Notes under the pieces: model-generated
The model's input: only the letters and a program-made list of their open reading frames with translations
The model's database searches: none
Told to the model about the DNA's origin: nothing
NCBI RefSeq assembly: GCF_040676915.1
Contig: NZ_JBFAPY010000006.1
Location: 538,277-602,276, forward strand
Reading direction: 5' to 3'
DNA length: 64,000 nt
DNA from: Asanoa sp. NPDC049475
Lineage (GTDB): Bacteria > Actinomycetota > Actinomycetes > Mycobacteriales > Micromonosporaceae
Made by a program: the position numbers and the translations under genes
Shown here: one piece after another, positions 36,001-44,634 of the stretch
Layout: the number at the start of each line of letters is the position of its first letter
Position numbering within the stretch: the stretch's first letter is position 1

Positions 36001-37872
36001 TTCTGGGCCCACGGCGCGGCCGAGGCGACGAAGCCACTGTGGACCCGCCGAGCCGCGTCGCTCGCCCGCGCCCGCGCGGCGTTCGGGGGCTCACCGGCGA
36101 TCGACGAGCTCCAGGCCGAGTTGTCGGCTGCGGTCACCGCCTTCGTCGGTGGCCCGGGACTGCCCGACCATCCGCTGGCCGGCGAGTATCTGTTCGAGGA
36201 GCTGGCCGCGGGCAACGGCTTCGGCACCAGCGCGGGCGCCAGGTCGCTGCTGGCCGGTTTCCGCAAGGCGCTGGGCCGCCCGCGCGCCCGCGAGCTCGAC
36301 GAGGACCTACGCGCGCTCGGCACGGACCTGGCCGCGCGGCACCAGCTCGTCGAGGCCTGGCTGGCCGCGTACGCGGGGCAGAGCGAGTTCCTGGCCGAAG
36401 CGGTGGCGATCGAGCTCTGTGACGTCCCGCGGTACGAATCGTCGGCCGAGCTGACCGCGACCGTCGACGGCCTGCTGGGCACGCACCCCCGGATCGTCTC
36501 GCGGCAGCTCACGTTGCGGCTGGACGAGGTGCTGGCCCGCACGGCAGGGTTCCGGGACAACCGGGTGCCGGCATACCGCGCGTACCAGCGGCTCCGAACG
36601 CGGGTCGCAGAGGAGGCCGGCCGGCGGCTGCGGCTGGACGAGCACAAGCCGCGGGTGATGTCGGGCTTCGTGCGCAACCGCCTGCTCGACGAGGTCTACC
36701 TACCGTTGATCGCCGACAACCTGGCCCGGCAGGTCGGCGCGGCCGGTGACGCCAAGCGCGTCGACCAGTCCGGCCTGCTGCTGCTCATCTCCCCGCCCGG
36801 CTATGGCAAGACCACGCTGATGGAGTACGTGGCCAGCCGCCTCGGGCTGGTTTTCGTCAAGGTCAACGGCCCGGCCCTGGGCACCGCGGTCACGTCGGTC
36901 GACCCGGCGTCAGCTCCCGACGCGACCGCGCGCCAGGAGGTCGAGAAGATCTCGTTCGCGCTGGAGATGGGCAGCAACGTGCTGCTCTACCTGGACGACA
37001 TCCAGCACACGTCGCCCGAGCTCCTCCAGAAGTTCATCTCGCTGTGCGACGGCCAGCGCCGCATGGAGGGGGTCTGGAACGGCCAGACGCGGACGTACGA
37101 CCTGCGCGGCAAACGGTTCGCGGTGTGCATGGCCGGCAACCCGTACACCGAGTCGGGCAAACGCTTCCGGGTGCCCGACATGCTCGCGAACCGCGCGGAC
37201 GTGTGGAACCTGGGCGACGTGCTGTCCGGTCGGGACGAGCTGTTCGCGCTCAGCTACGTCGAGAACGCGCTGACCGCCAACCCGGTGCTGGCTCCACTGT
37301 CCACTAGGGATAGAGGGGACGTGGAGCTGCTGGTCCGCATGGCCCGGGGCGACACGTCCGTGCTGCCGGACCAGCTCGCACACCCGTACCCGGCGGTCGA
37401 GCTCACCCAGATCCGTTCGGTGCTGGGCAAGCTGCTGCGGGTGCGCGACGTGGTGCTGTCGGTCAACCGGGCCTACATCGCGTCCGCGGGCCAGGACGAC
37501 GCGTCCCGCACGGAGCCGCCGTTCCTGCTCCAGGGCTCGTACCGCAACATGAACAAGCTCGCCGAGCGCATCCTGCCGGTGATGAACGACGACGAGCTGG
37601 AAGCGGTCCTCGACGACCACTACGTCGGCGAGGCCCAGACGCTGGCCGCGGCGGCCGAGGCGAACCTGCTCAAGCTGGCCGACCTGCGGGGCCGGCTGAC
37701 CCCGTCGCAGGCGGCTCGCTGGTCGGAGGTCAAGGCGGCCTACCTGCGCCAGCGCGCCCTCGGCGGCGCCGACGACGACCCGATGGCCCGCGCGGTCGGC
37801 GCGGTCGGCCTGGTCGCCGACCGCATCAGCGAAGTCGAAGCAACCCTAAGAAGATCAATTTCCGGAGCATGA
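33001..37872 (+). CDS. Giant (about 1620 aa) protein with a C-terminal MoxR/AAA_5-type AAA+ ATPase domain. The first ~1200 aa are of unknown function and include long helical/coiled-coil segments.
   Basis: Walker A is LLLISPPGYGKTTL (about 36790-36830) and Walker B is VLLYLDDIQH (about 36980-37010). The signature …RFAVCMAGNP…RVPDMLANRADVWNL… is typical of AAA_5/MoxR. The GTG at 33001 overlaps the flotillin stop by 8 bp (GTGGCTGA); an alternative ATG lies at 32956. Confidence 0.75.
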   Translation: MAEQATATLDAGTYEVLRDRLAARSAELASRAEELNARRLAEFGSTELRLVGTDRVRTEHNCVPRDIVPAAGVMLFGYNVFLGLKPETSVGDVFSLHRFLRDGDAFRFDDVPPAEVPGLLDDETFQRDFAELYRYYRETRLATLREVDGKLLAVFQTGPRTEDIRVLRWATAPDGTVAYVDNRGERDHVFPPSHDLEWVETTRDDHVLGRHPHISIAGELFVETVGGDLTLKIEDNTESGEGIYAEPVEQPLQSLADADVHWARVGPLILLRVRPYKESAWRHLVFNTRTKDVVRLDGIGQSCQRLPEDHGIIFPGGYYLTTGVVKTFETDTADLVFERLIRSPNGEDVLYVFHAVVEGRSLLLPYNVIRKEVATPLACHGYSLFDDGTLVVFRATSDEPTRVHPMQVWQTPFRSDAYAARQPAGTGPLARVGNADLVRGISDALSVARMVGEMSPSVPVFEALIAACVRVFDHYHWLGEAELCDLRTPLAEVRATAEQVLDEYERVQALTAAAGTALDTAAADLASLLRRVNGEPPTSTDGWIRQLADLRRAQGHLETLRELRYVDLARIDALAAELAAELDATARRAVGFLERDDAFAAYGAEVERLTAEGAEVPTVAAAAPVGEKLTEQADALRLVTDVVGTLDIADATVRTAILERIGDVLGAVNRARATLEARRRELAAVEGRAGFAAEFALLNQAVTGALAACDTPEACDDQLGRLLLQVEVLESRYGEFDDFLTELSTKRTDVYEAFSARKQALVDERSRRADRLVESADRILTSVRRRASTMDTLDDVNTYFAGDPMVAKLRSVADELRALGDAVRGEELDGRVKATRQEAGRALRDRIDLFRDGGETIQLGRHRFAVNTQAIELALVPHDGAMAVAVTGTDFRAPVDDPEFRTTGEFWDQPLVSESPSVSRAEFLATSILATADLDALHAAAAGGTLGELVRRAAEERIDEGYERGIHDADATAVLDALLRLHAGAGLLRYPPAARAAAQLFWAHGAAEATKPLWTRRAASLARARAAFGGSPAIDELQAELSAAVTAFVGGPGLPDHPLAGEYLFEELAAGNGFGTSAGARSLLAGFRKALGRPRARELDEDLRALGTDLAARHQLVEAWLAAYAGQSEFLAEAVAIELCDVPRYESSAELTATVDGLLGTHPRIVSRQLTLRLDEVLARTAGFRDNRVPAYRAYQRLRTRVAEEAGRRLRLDEHKPRVMSGFVRNRLLDEVYLPLIADNLARQVGAAGDAKRVDQSGLLLLISPPGYGKTTLMEYVASRLGLVFVKVNGPALGTAVTSVDPASAPDATARQEVEKISFALEMGSNVLLYLDDIQHTSPELLQKFISLCDGQRRMEGVWNGQTRTYDLRGKRFAVCMAGNPYTESGKRFRVPDMLANRADVWNLGDVLSGRDELFALSYVENALTANPVLAPLSTRDRGDVELLVRMARGDTSVLPDQLAHPYPAVELTQIRSVLGKLLRVRDVVLSVNRAYIASAGQDDASRTEPPFLLQGSYRNMNKLAERILPVMNDDELEAVLDDHYVGEAQTLAAAAEANLLKLADLRGRLTPSQAARWSEVKAAYLRQRALGGADDDPMARAVGAVGLVADRISEVEATLRRSISGA

Positions 37873-37900
37873 CTCGGATCCGAGTCAGATCGGTTATGGA
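37870..37900 (+). terminator. Intrinsic-terminator-like hairpin immediately after the giant ATPase gene
   Basis: There is a perfect 18-bp palindrome TGACTCGGATCCGAGTCA (7-bp stem, GAUC loop), followed by the U-richer tail UUAUGGAUCUUUCUC. The next gene converges on it. Confidence 0.45.
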
Positions 37901-37906
37901 TCTTTC

Positions 37907-38869
37907 TCAGAGGGGTTTCCAGACCTGTTCCGCCACCCGGCGGAAGTTGCCGCCGAGGATGCCGGTGACGGCCTCCGCCGGGTAGCCGCGGTCGAGCAGC
38001 GCCCGCTCGACCCGGAGCAGGTCCTCCGGCGGCATGATCTTGATCGGGCCGTAGCGCCGGTACGGCTCCGGGAACAGCTCCGGGTTCAGGGCCATCTCGC
38101 GGTTGAGGTCCTCGAGATCGAAGGAGTAGTCCGAGGCGACGCCGACGTGCTCCGGGCCGATGAGCTCCACCGCGTAGTCGATGTGGCGCACCATCGCCTC
38201 CACGCTGGCGTCGTTCGGGCCGAGGAACACGCCCACGCCGGTGATGCCGACCACCCCGCCCGTCTCCGCGCAAGCCTTCGCCTGGTCGTCGGTGATGTTG
38301 CGTTCGTGCTCCCAGACCGACCGCATGCAGGAGTGGCTGTAGACCATCGGCGCCTGGGTCATCGCGGCCAGGTCGAGCCCGGTGCGGATGCTGCAGTGCG
38401 AGCCGTCGACCACCATCCCCACCGCGTTCATCTCTCGAACCAGGTCCTGCCCGTACGCGGTCAGACCCCCGTCGAACTCGTCCATGCAGCCCGAGCCCGC
38501 GGCGTTGCGGAGGTTGTAGGTCGGGAGAAGCGTGCGTACGCCCAGGTCGTAGAACTCCTTGACCCGCTCCAGCCGCCCGCCGAGCGGTCCCGAGTCCTCC
38601 AGGTCGAAGGCCACGCCGATCCGGCCCGCGCGGGTCGCCGCGTCGATGTCGGCCACCCCGTCGACCAGGGTCAGCTGGTCGTGCTCGGTCACCCCGCGGC
38701 GCCAGGTGTGCAGGAGCTCGAAGACCAGCTCCGTCGAGTGCGGCGAGAAGCCGACGTTGACCGACACGTACGCGCCGCCGGGTCGGGCGTAGCGGGTCAG
38801 CTCGTCGAGGTCGGCCGTGGGCACCAGCGGGAGGCAGCAGTGCTGCTCCCAGAGCAGCCGTTGATCCAT
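37907..38869 (-). CDS. Membrane dipeptidase (peptidase family M19, renal dipeptidase-like)
   Basis: Family sequence features include …VSVNVGFSPHS…, …VDGSHCS… and …VGVASDYSFD…. Start chosen at MDQRLLWEQH (38869); the upstream part of the track ORF is Arg/Gly-rich shadow frame. Confidence 0.8.
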   Translation of the reverse strand: MDQRLLWEQHCCLPLVPTADLDELTRYARPGGAYVSVNVGFSPHSTELVFELLHTWRRGVTEHDQLTLVDGVADIDAATRAGRIGVAFDLEDSGPLGGRLERVKEFYDLGVRTLLPTYNLRNAAGSGCMDEFDGGLTAYGQDLVREMNAVGMVVDGSHCSIRTGLDLAAMTQAPMVYSHSCMRSVWEHERNITDDQAKACAETGGVVGITGVGVFLGPNDASVEAMVRHIDYAVELIGPEHVGVASDYSFDLEDLNREMALNPELFPEPYRRYGPIKIMPPEDLLRVERALLDRGYPAEAVTGILGGNFRRVAEQVWKPL

Positions 38870-38883
38870 CTCCGCATCATGCC

Positions 38884-39633
38884 TCAACCCGCGGCCCGGA
38901 ACCTCCGCAGTGCCAGAGGCGCGAAGACCGCGGTCAGCAGCGCACACCCGAGCAGCAGCCAACCGAGCGCCGCCCCGGGTGCGGTGCCGGCCATCAGCGC
39001 CCGGATCGTGCTGACGAGATGGCTGACCGGGTTGACGTCCACGAACGCCTGGAGCCAGCCCGGCAGGGTCGCCGGTGTGGTGAAGATGTTGCTGAAGAAC
39101 GACAACGGGTAGAGGACCGCCTGGGTCAAAGCGAGCACCGCGCCGGGCGTCTTCAACGTCAGCGCCAGGAGGGTCCAGACCCACGACAGGCTGACCGCGA
39201 ACAGCAGAACCAGCAGGACGGCGCCCACCACGCCGACGAGCCCGCCGCCCGGCCGGAAGCCGAGTGTGAAGCCGAGCACCAGCACCACGATCGAGGCCAG
39301 CACATAACGGACCAGATCCCCGAGCAGGGCGCCGAAGAGCACCGAGCTCGGGCGAATCGAGAGCGTGCGGAAGCGGTCGTACACCCCGGTGGCGATGTCG
39401 ACGCTGAGCGCGGCGCCGGTGGTGCCGGTCGTCACCAGGAGCGTCATCACCAGAATGCCCGGGACCAGATAGCCGATGTACGCGTCGATCGAGCCGCCGA
39501 CCGCCCCACCGAACAGGAAGCTGAAGATCAGCGTGAACACCACCGGGTGCACGGCGACGTCCAGGAGCTGGATCGGGGTGCGGCGGAACTTCTTCAGTGC
39601 CCGGCCGCCGAACACCAGCGTCGTAGTGGTCAT
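38884..39633 (-). CDS. ABC-2 type transporter permease
   Basis: A GAAGGAG site sits 6 nt upstream of ATG 39633 ([18 protein letters not shown]…). The protein has six TM helices and overlaps the ATPase gene by 4 bp. Confidence 0.8.
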   Translation of the reverse strand: MTTTTLVFGGRALKKFRRTPIQLLDVAVHPVVFTLIFSFLFGGAVGGSIDAYIGYLVPGILVMTLLVTTGTTGAALSVDIATGVYDRFRTLSIRPSSVLFGALLGDLVRYVLASIVVLVLGFTLGFRPGGGLVGVVGAVLLVLLFAVSLSWVWTLLALTLKTPGAVLALTQAVLYPLSFFSNIFTTPATLPGWLQAFVDVNPVSHLVSTIRALMAGTAPGAALGWLLLGCALLTAVFAPLALRRFRAAG

Positions 39634-40574
39634 GCGACCGTCTCCTTCGGTGCGGCGGTGAGGGCGAGGAAGACCTCGTCCAGGGTGGGCTGGCTCAACG
39701 CGAACTCGGCGATCTCGATGCCGGCCCACGACAGTTCGGCGAGCGCCGCCGCCGCGCCCCCGGCCGCGTCGGCCCGTGCGGTCAGCTCGGCCGGATCGTT
39801 CGCGGCCGGCTCGGTCGCGCCCAGCGCCCGGGCCAACACGCGCCGGGCGGCCTCCCGCTCGGCCGGGTCGTGCAGCCGCACCCGCAGCGTGCCGCCGCCG
39901 ATCGACGACTTCAGTGAGCCGTTGGTGCCTTCGGCGACCAGCCGCCCGTGGTCGATGACCGCGATCCGATCGGCCAGCTGGTCGGCCTCGTCCAGGTACT
40001 GCGTGGTGAGCAGCACGGTCGCACCGTCGGCGACCAGCTCACGCACGAGCCGCCACACCTCGCGCCGGCTGCGCGGGTCCAGGCCGGTGGTCGGCTCGTC
40101 GAGGAAGAGCAGGTCGGGCGGCACCACGAGGCCGGCGGCCAGGTCGAGTCGCCTGCGCATGCCCCCGGAGTAGGTCCGGACCAGCCGGTCCCCGTCGTCA
40201 GCCAGGTGGAACGCGGTCAGCAGCTCGTCGGCCCGGTCCGCGGTGGCGGCTCGCGACAGCTTGTGCAGCCGGCCGAGCAGGGTCAGGTTCTCGCGACCGG
40301 TCAGCGTCTCGTCGACCGACGCGTACTGGCCGGTGAGGCTGATCCGGGCGCGCACCTCGGCCGGTTCGGCGACCACGTCGTGGCCGAACACCCGCGCCTG
40401 CCCGGCGTCCGGGCGCAACAGCGTGGCCAGCATCCGGATCGTCGTCGTCTTGCCGGCACCGTTCGGGCCGAGGAAGCCGCAGACCGAGCCGGTCGGGACG
40501 GTCAGGTCGATGCCGTCGACCGCCCTCGTCGCGCCGAAGGCCTTGACCAGCCCCGACGCCTCGACAGCGTGCAT
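39630..40574 (-). CDS. ABC transporter ATP-binding protein (DrrA-like exporter ATPase)
   Basis: Walker A is GPNGAGKTT, the signature motif is YSGGMRRRL, and Walker B is [12 protein letters not shown]. An AGGAG site lies upstream. Confidence 0.85.
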   Translation of the reverse strand: MHAVEASGLVKAFGATRAVDGIDLTVPTGSVCGFLGPNGAGKTTTIRMLATLLRPDAGQARVFGHDVVAEPAEVRARISLTGQYASVDETLTGRENLTLLGRLHKLSRAATADRADELLTAFHLADDGDRLVRTYSGGMRRRLDLAAGLVVPPDLLFLDEPTTGLDPRSRREVWRLVRELVADGATVLLTTQYLDEADQLADRIAVIDHGRLVAEGTNGSLKSSIGGGTLRVRLHDPAEREAARRVLARALGATEPAANDPAELTARADAAGGAAAALAELSWAGIEIAEFALSQPTLDEVFLALTAAPKETVA

Positions 40575-40691
40575 CGTGATCTCCTTAGAGGCGAACTCTA
40601 TAGTCGGACTCTAGTGTTGCACTACAGTCCCAGCGGCCGTCAAGGTGTGGGTCGGAAATGCGGGGGAAAGAGCGGGTCGAGGAGGCATGTC

Positions 40692-40880
40692 ATGCAAGCC
40701 GAGGTAGGTGACCGACTCGTCGTCGAGGGCATCCACGTGGGTGATCCGCGGCGGCTCGGTGAGATCGTCGAGGTACGCCATTCCGATGGCAGCCCGCCGT
40801 ACCTGGTTCGTTGGCCGGACGGCACCGAAGGACTGGTGTTCCCGGGCACCGAGGCCCACGTCGAGCGCCAGGAGGAGTGA
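40692..40880 (+). CDS. DUF1918-domain small protein (62 aa)
   Basis: A GGAGG site sits 6 nt upstream. The sequence MQAEVGDRLVVEGIHVGDPRRLGEIVEV…YLVRWPDG is typical of DUF1918. Confidence 0.6.
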   Translation: MQAEVGDRLVVEGIHVGDPRRLGEIVEVRHSDGSPPYLVRWPDGTEGLVFPGTEAHVERQEE

Positions 40881-42152
40881 TCAGCCGCTGACCGCGGCCG
40901 CCGGCTCGACGCCGGTGGGCAGCTCGTCCCTGTCGAGCTCGCGCCACGTGCGCCGGAAGACCAGCGGGAGCAGGGTGACCCCGAGGTAGAGGAACGCCGA
41001 GAGCAACAGTCCCGGCGTGCGACCCAGCGTGTCCAGAACCAGGCCGCCGAGCAGCCCGCCGAGCGGAATACCCGCCCACGCCAGTGACCCGGTGAAGCCG
41101 AACACCCGGGCATGCAGGTCCTGCGGCACCCGCTCGAACATGGCGCTGCTGATGATGGGATTGATCGACGCCGACATCGCGCCGGCCCAGACGCAGATGG
41201 CGAGCAGCAGGGGCAGGGTGGTGGTCAAGGCCATGCCGAAGAGCAGAGGTGAACCGGCCAGCAGCAGAGACACCGCGAACGTGGCGTAGCGCGGCAGGCG
41301 CGGCCCCAGCCAGGCGAACACCATCGAACCGAACACCGCGCCCAGGCCGTACGCGCCGGCGATCGTGCCCAGCAGCGACGGGTTGTCGAAGACCTGCTTG
41401 ATCCAGGCCGGCACGTACACCGCCATCGTCGCCTGGTCGATCAGGTTCGCGAACAGCAGCAGCGCCGAGATGGCCAGCAGCAGCCGGTCGGTGCGCACGT
41501 AACGCAGCCCGACCCGCAACGACTCCAGGTAGCCGTCGGTGCTCTCCTGCCGGGGCGCCGCCGGCACCGCGGCCGCGATCAGCGACGCCGCCAGCAGTGC
41601 CGCGGCCGCGTCGAGGAGCAGCACGTTCACCGCGCCCAGCAAGGTGATCAGCAGGCCGGCGGCCGGTGTGCCCAGGAGGAACGAGAGCCGCTCGACGCCG
41701 GCGTACAGCGAGGTCACCCGTTCCAGCGGCGCACCGCTGGCAGCGACGAGGTCGGGCACCATCAGTCGCTTGGCCGCGTCGGTGATGCTCTGCACCGCGC
41801 CGAGCGCGGCGACGATCACCAGCAGCGCGGCGAACGGCAGGCCGGCCGAGTGGCTCAGCACCGGCGCGGCGGCGAGCACTGCGGCGCTGGCCACCCCACC
41901 GGCGACCGCGCAGCGCTTGCGACCCAGCCGGTCGATCCACGGCGCGCCGGCGATCTTCACCAGCACGTAGCAGCCGGTCTGGGCGAACGCGACCAGGCCG
42001 ACCCGGGTCAGGGAGCCGCTGGTGTCGAGCACCAGCCAAGGCAGCGCCAGCATGGTCATCTTGTTGCCGGCCAGCGACGCGCCCTCGGCGACCAGGAACG
42101 CCACCAGCGGTCGCCGTCTCACCTGCCCCATGGGTAACGACCCAACAGGCAT
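40881..42152 (-). CDS. MFS transporter (EntS/MFS_3-like efflux permease)
   Basis: There are twelve predicted TM helices and an MFS signature region …WIDRLGRKRCAVAG…. An alternative start is at 42131. Confidence 0.8.
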   Translation of the reverse strand: MPVGSLPMGQVRRRPLVAFLVAEGASLAGNKMTMLALPWLVLDTSGSLTRVGLVAFAQTGCYVLVKIAGAPWIDRLGRKRCAVAGGVASAAVLAAAPVLSHSAGLPFAALLVIVAALGAVQSITDAAKRLMVPDLVAASGAPLERVTSLYAGVERLSFLLGTPAAGLLITLLGAVNVLLLDAAAALLAASLIAAAVPAAPRQESTDGYLESLRVGLRYVRTDRLLLAISALLLFANLIDQATMAVYVPAWIKQVFDNPSLLGTIAGAYGLGAVFGSMVFAWLGPRLPRYATFAVSLLLAGSPLLFGMALTTTLPLLLAICVWAGAMSASINPIISSAMFERVPQDLHARVFGFTGSLAWAGIPLGGLLGGLVLDTLGRTPGLLLSAFLYLGVTLLPLVFRRTWRELDRDELPTGVEPAAAVSG

Positions 42153-42242
42153 CCATGGCCGTACGCAACCTGTCGCGATTTCATTAGTTGACTCTGACTA
42201 TTCAGTCATGGATAGTTGGACTCAACTGAAGGAGGTCCCGCG

Positions 42243-42857
42243 GTGGCTTCGAAGCGGAAGGTCGGCAATCTGCTGGCTCTGGCGGTGCTGTCCTACCTGA
42301 CGATGGGGCCGAAACACCCCTACGAGCTGTCGCGGATGCTGCGCGACAACGGCGACGACCGGAGCATCCGGTTCAACCACGGCTCGCTCTACATGGTGAT
42401 CGGGCAGCTCGCCAAGGCCGGCTTCGTCGCCGAGCAGGAGACCACGCGGGAGGGGCAGCGGCCGGAGCGCACGGTCTACGCGATCACCGACGCCGGCCGT
42501 TCGGAGTTGCGCGACTGGCTGCGCGAGCTCGTCGGCGAGCCCGACCACGAATACCCGCACTTCGTCGCGGCGCTCTCCCTGATCGCGGCGCTGCCGCCCG
42601 ACGAGGCGGTCACCCTGCTCCGGCAGCGCCTGGAACGCCTGGCCTCCCTGCGCGAGCAGACCCGTTCACTGGTCGACGGCGCGCTCGCGAACGGGCTGCA
42701 CCCGCTGTTCCTCGTCGAGGAGGACTACCGAGGCGCGCTGCTCGACGCCGAGATCGCCTTCGTCGAGCGGTTCATCGGCCAGATCACCGATCCAGACACG
42801 GGCTGGGGTCCGCAATGGGCTGCCTTCCACACAGGACAGAAGGGGCACGAGTCATGA
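42243..42857 (+). CDS. PadR-family transcriptional regulator
   Basis: A GAAGGAGG site lies 7 nt upstream of GTG 42243. The winged-HTH PadR motif is …LAVLSYLTMGPKHPYELSRML…GSLYMVIGQLAKAGFV…. The track ORF begins earlier, at TTG 42216. Confidence 0.7.
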   Translation: MASKRKVGNLLALAVLSYLTMGPKHPYELSRMLRDNGDDRSIRFNHGSLYMVIGQLAKAGFVAEQETTREGQRPERTVYAITDAGRSELRDWLRELVGEPDHEYPHFVAALSLIAALPPDEAVTLLRQRLERLASLREQTRSLVDGALANGLHPLFLVEEDYRGALLDAEIAFVERFIGQITDPDTGWGPQWAAFHTGQKGHES

Positions 42858-44017
42858 TTCGCACCGCACTCGTCATCGGTGGTGGCATCGCCGGGCCGGC
42901 GACCGCCATGGCGCTCCGCAAAGCCGGCATCGACGCCACCGTCTACGAGGCGTCGACCACGCCGCGCGGCGGCGCGTTCCTCACCCTGGCCCCCAACGGC
43001 GTCGACGCGCTGCGCGTCCTCGACGCCGACGAGTCGGCCCTCGCCGATGCCTTCCCGACGCCGGGCATCACTCTGCGCAGCACCACGGGCAAGGTGCTGG
43101 GCGAGTCGAGCACCGGCGGGTCGCGCAGCTTCACGCTCCGCCGCGCTGACCTCTACCGGGGCATGCACGACGAGGCCATCGCGCGCGACATCCCGGTGGT
43201 GACCGGCAAACGGCTCGTGGGGTTGACCGAGACGTCGACCGGCGTGCGGGCCTCGTTCGCCGACGGCAGCACCGCATCGGCCGACGTGTTGATCGGCGCC
43301 GACGGGATCCACTCCGCGGTCCGCCGGGCCATCGACCCGGCCGCCCCGCCGCCGGCCTACGCCGGGCTGGTCGGGAACGGTGGCTTCGCGCCACCGGTGG
43401 CCGCGGTCGACGCACCTCCGGGCCACTACGAAATGATCTTCGGCCGGCGGGCGTTCTTCGGCTACCTGGTCGCGCCGGGCGACGAGGTGTGGTGGTTCGC
43501 CAACGTGCCGCACCGCCGCGAGCCGGCCCGCGGCGAGCTGGCGTCGGTCGACTGGCGGTCCCGGCTGCGCGAGCTGTTCGCCGACGACGCCGGACCGGCG
43601 CTGGCGGTCATCGACGCGACGACGGAGCTGGTGCCGATGGACGCGATCTCGTCCGTACGCGGCCTGCGCTCCTGGCACTCCCACCGGGTCGTGCTGGTCG
43701 GCGACGCGGCACACGCACCCACACCGACGTCGGGCCAGGGAGCCTCACTGTCCATCGAGGACGGATTGGTGCTGGCCAAGTGCCTGCGCGACCACGCTTC
43801 ACCGGCGGACGCCTTCGCCCGCTACGAGGCCGCGCGGCGCCCGCGGGTCGAAGCCATCATCAAGGCCGCCGCCCGCAACAACAGCAGCAAGGCCGCCGGC
43901 CCGGTCGGGCGGGTGATCCGCGACGCGATGCTGCCCACGATCCTGCGCCTGGCCGCCAACAGCGCGGCCCAGCGCAAGGTCTTCGACTACCACGTCGACT
44001 GGGCGGCTGCGGCCTAA
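42854..44017 (+). CDS. FAD-dependent monooxygenase (flavin aromatic hydroxylase family, salicylate-hydroxylase-like)
   Basis: The GxGxxG motif is ALVIGGGIAGPATA. The DG motif is …VLIGADGIHSAVR… and the GD motif is …VVLVGDAAHAPTPTSGQGASLSIEDG…. It overlaps the PadR stop in an ATGA arrangement. Confidence 0.85.
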   Translation: MIRTALVIGGGIAGPATAMALRKAGIDATVYEASTTPRGGAFLTLAPNGVDALRVLDADESALADAFPTPGITLRSTTGKVLGESSTGGSRSFTLRRADLYRGMHDEAIARDIPVVTGKRLVGLTETSTGVRASFADGSTASADVLIGADGIHSAVRRAIDPAAPPPAYAGLVGNGGFAPPVAAVDAPPGHYEMIFGRRAFFGYLVAPGDEVWWFANVPHRREPARGELASVDWRSRLRELFADDAGPALAVIDATTELVPMDAISSVRGLRSWHSHRVVLVGDAAHAPTPTSGQGASLSIEDGLVLAKCLRDHASPADAFARYEAARRPRVEAIIKAAARNNSSKAAGPVGRVIRDAMLPTILRLAANSAAQRKVFDYHVDWAAAA

Positions 44018-44427
44018 GCGGAGTCCATCGCCGCGAGCAGGTCTCGGCAGGCCTGCTCGCAGGCGCGGCAGGCGTCGGCGCAGATGCCGCAGTGTTCGTG
44101 CATCTCGGCGTGCAGGCCGCACTCCTGGGCACAGGCGGAGCAGGCGATGACACAGGCCTGGAGCATCGCCCGGCCGATCGTTGCGTCGTAGCCGGTGTGC
44201 CGCGACAGCACCCGCGCGGTCGTCGCGCAGACGTCGGCGCAGTCGAGGTTCGTGCGGATGCACCTGACGAGCTCGGCCACGTCGGGCTCGCTCAGGCACG
44301 CGTCGGCACAGGCCGTGCACGCCTCCGCGCAGTCGTCGAGAATGTCGATGGTGGCCGCGAGCTGGATGCGATCCAGGCTGATCGCCTGCGGGTAGGTCTC
44401 CAGCATGGGCAGCGTGGACGTCGTCAT
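44014..44427 (-). CDS. Cysteine-rich four-helix-bundle protein (DUF326-type)
   Basis: There are about 17 cysteines in 137 aa, in repeated C-x-x-C/C-A-x-x-C helical motifs (…DCAEACTACADACL…, …CADVCATTARVL…, …ACVIACSACAQECGLH…, …CGICADACRACEQACR…). Confidence 0.65.
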   Translation of the reverse strand: MTTSTLPMLETYPQAISLDRIQLAATIDILDDCAEACTACADACLSEPDVAELVRCIRTNLDCADVCATTARVLSRHTGYDATIGRAMLQACVIACSACAQECGLHAEMHEHCGICADACRACEQACRDLLAAMDSA

Positions 44428-44634
44428 GATTGCCTCCTTGTCGTCACGTGCCGCATTCCCGCATCCGTCGACCTCATGCCGTCAGCCGGCGTTCGAGCAG
44501 TGGCCTACCGGGCACCGTGTCGCCATGAGTGACTTCACGGACAAGGCGAAGGCGACCAGGGAGCTGAGCCGCCAAGAAACCAGCGCCGTTTCGAAGCCAT
44601 GCCCGTCGATGTGCCCCGGCGGCCAGCGCCTCAA

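Noticed and set aside
30924-36012. Antisense ORFs 30924-33038 (704 aa), 31820-33022, 32983-33930 and 34027-36012 (661 aa), and sense alternative frames 34134-35138 and 35801-36454.
   Set aside because: These are shadow frames of the flotillin and giant ATPase genes (Arg/Gly/Asp-rich, no motifs).
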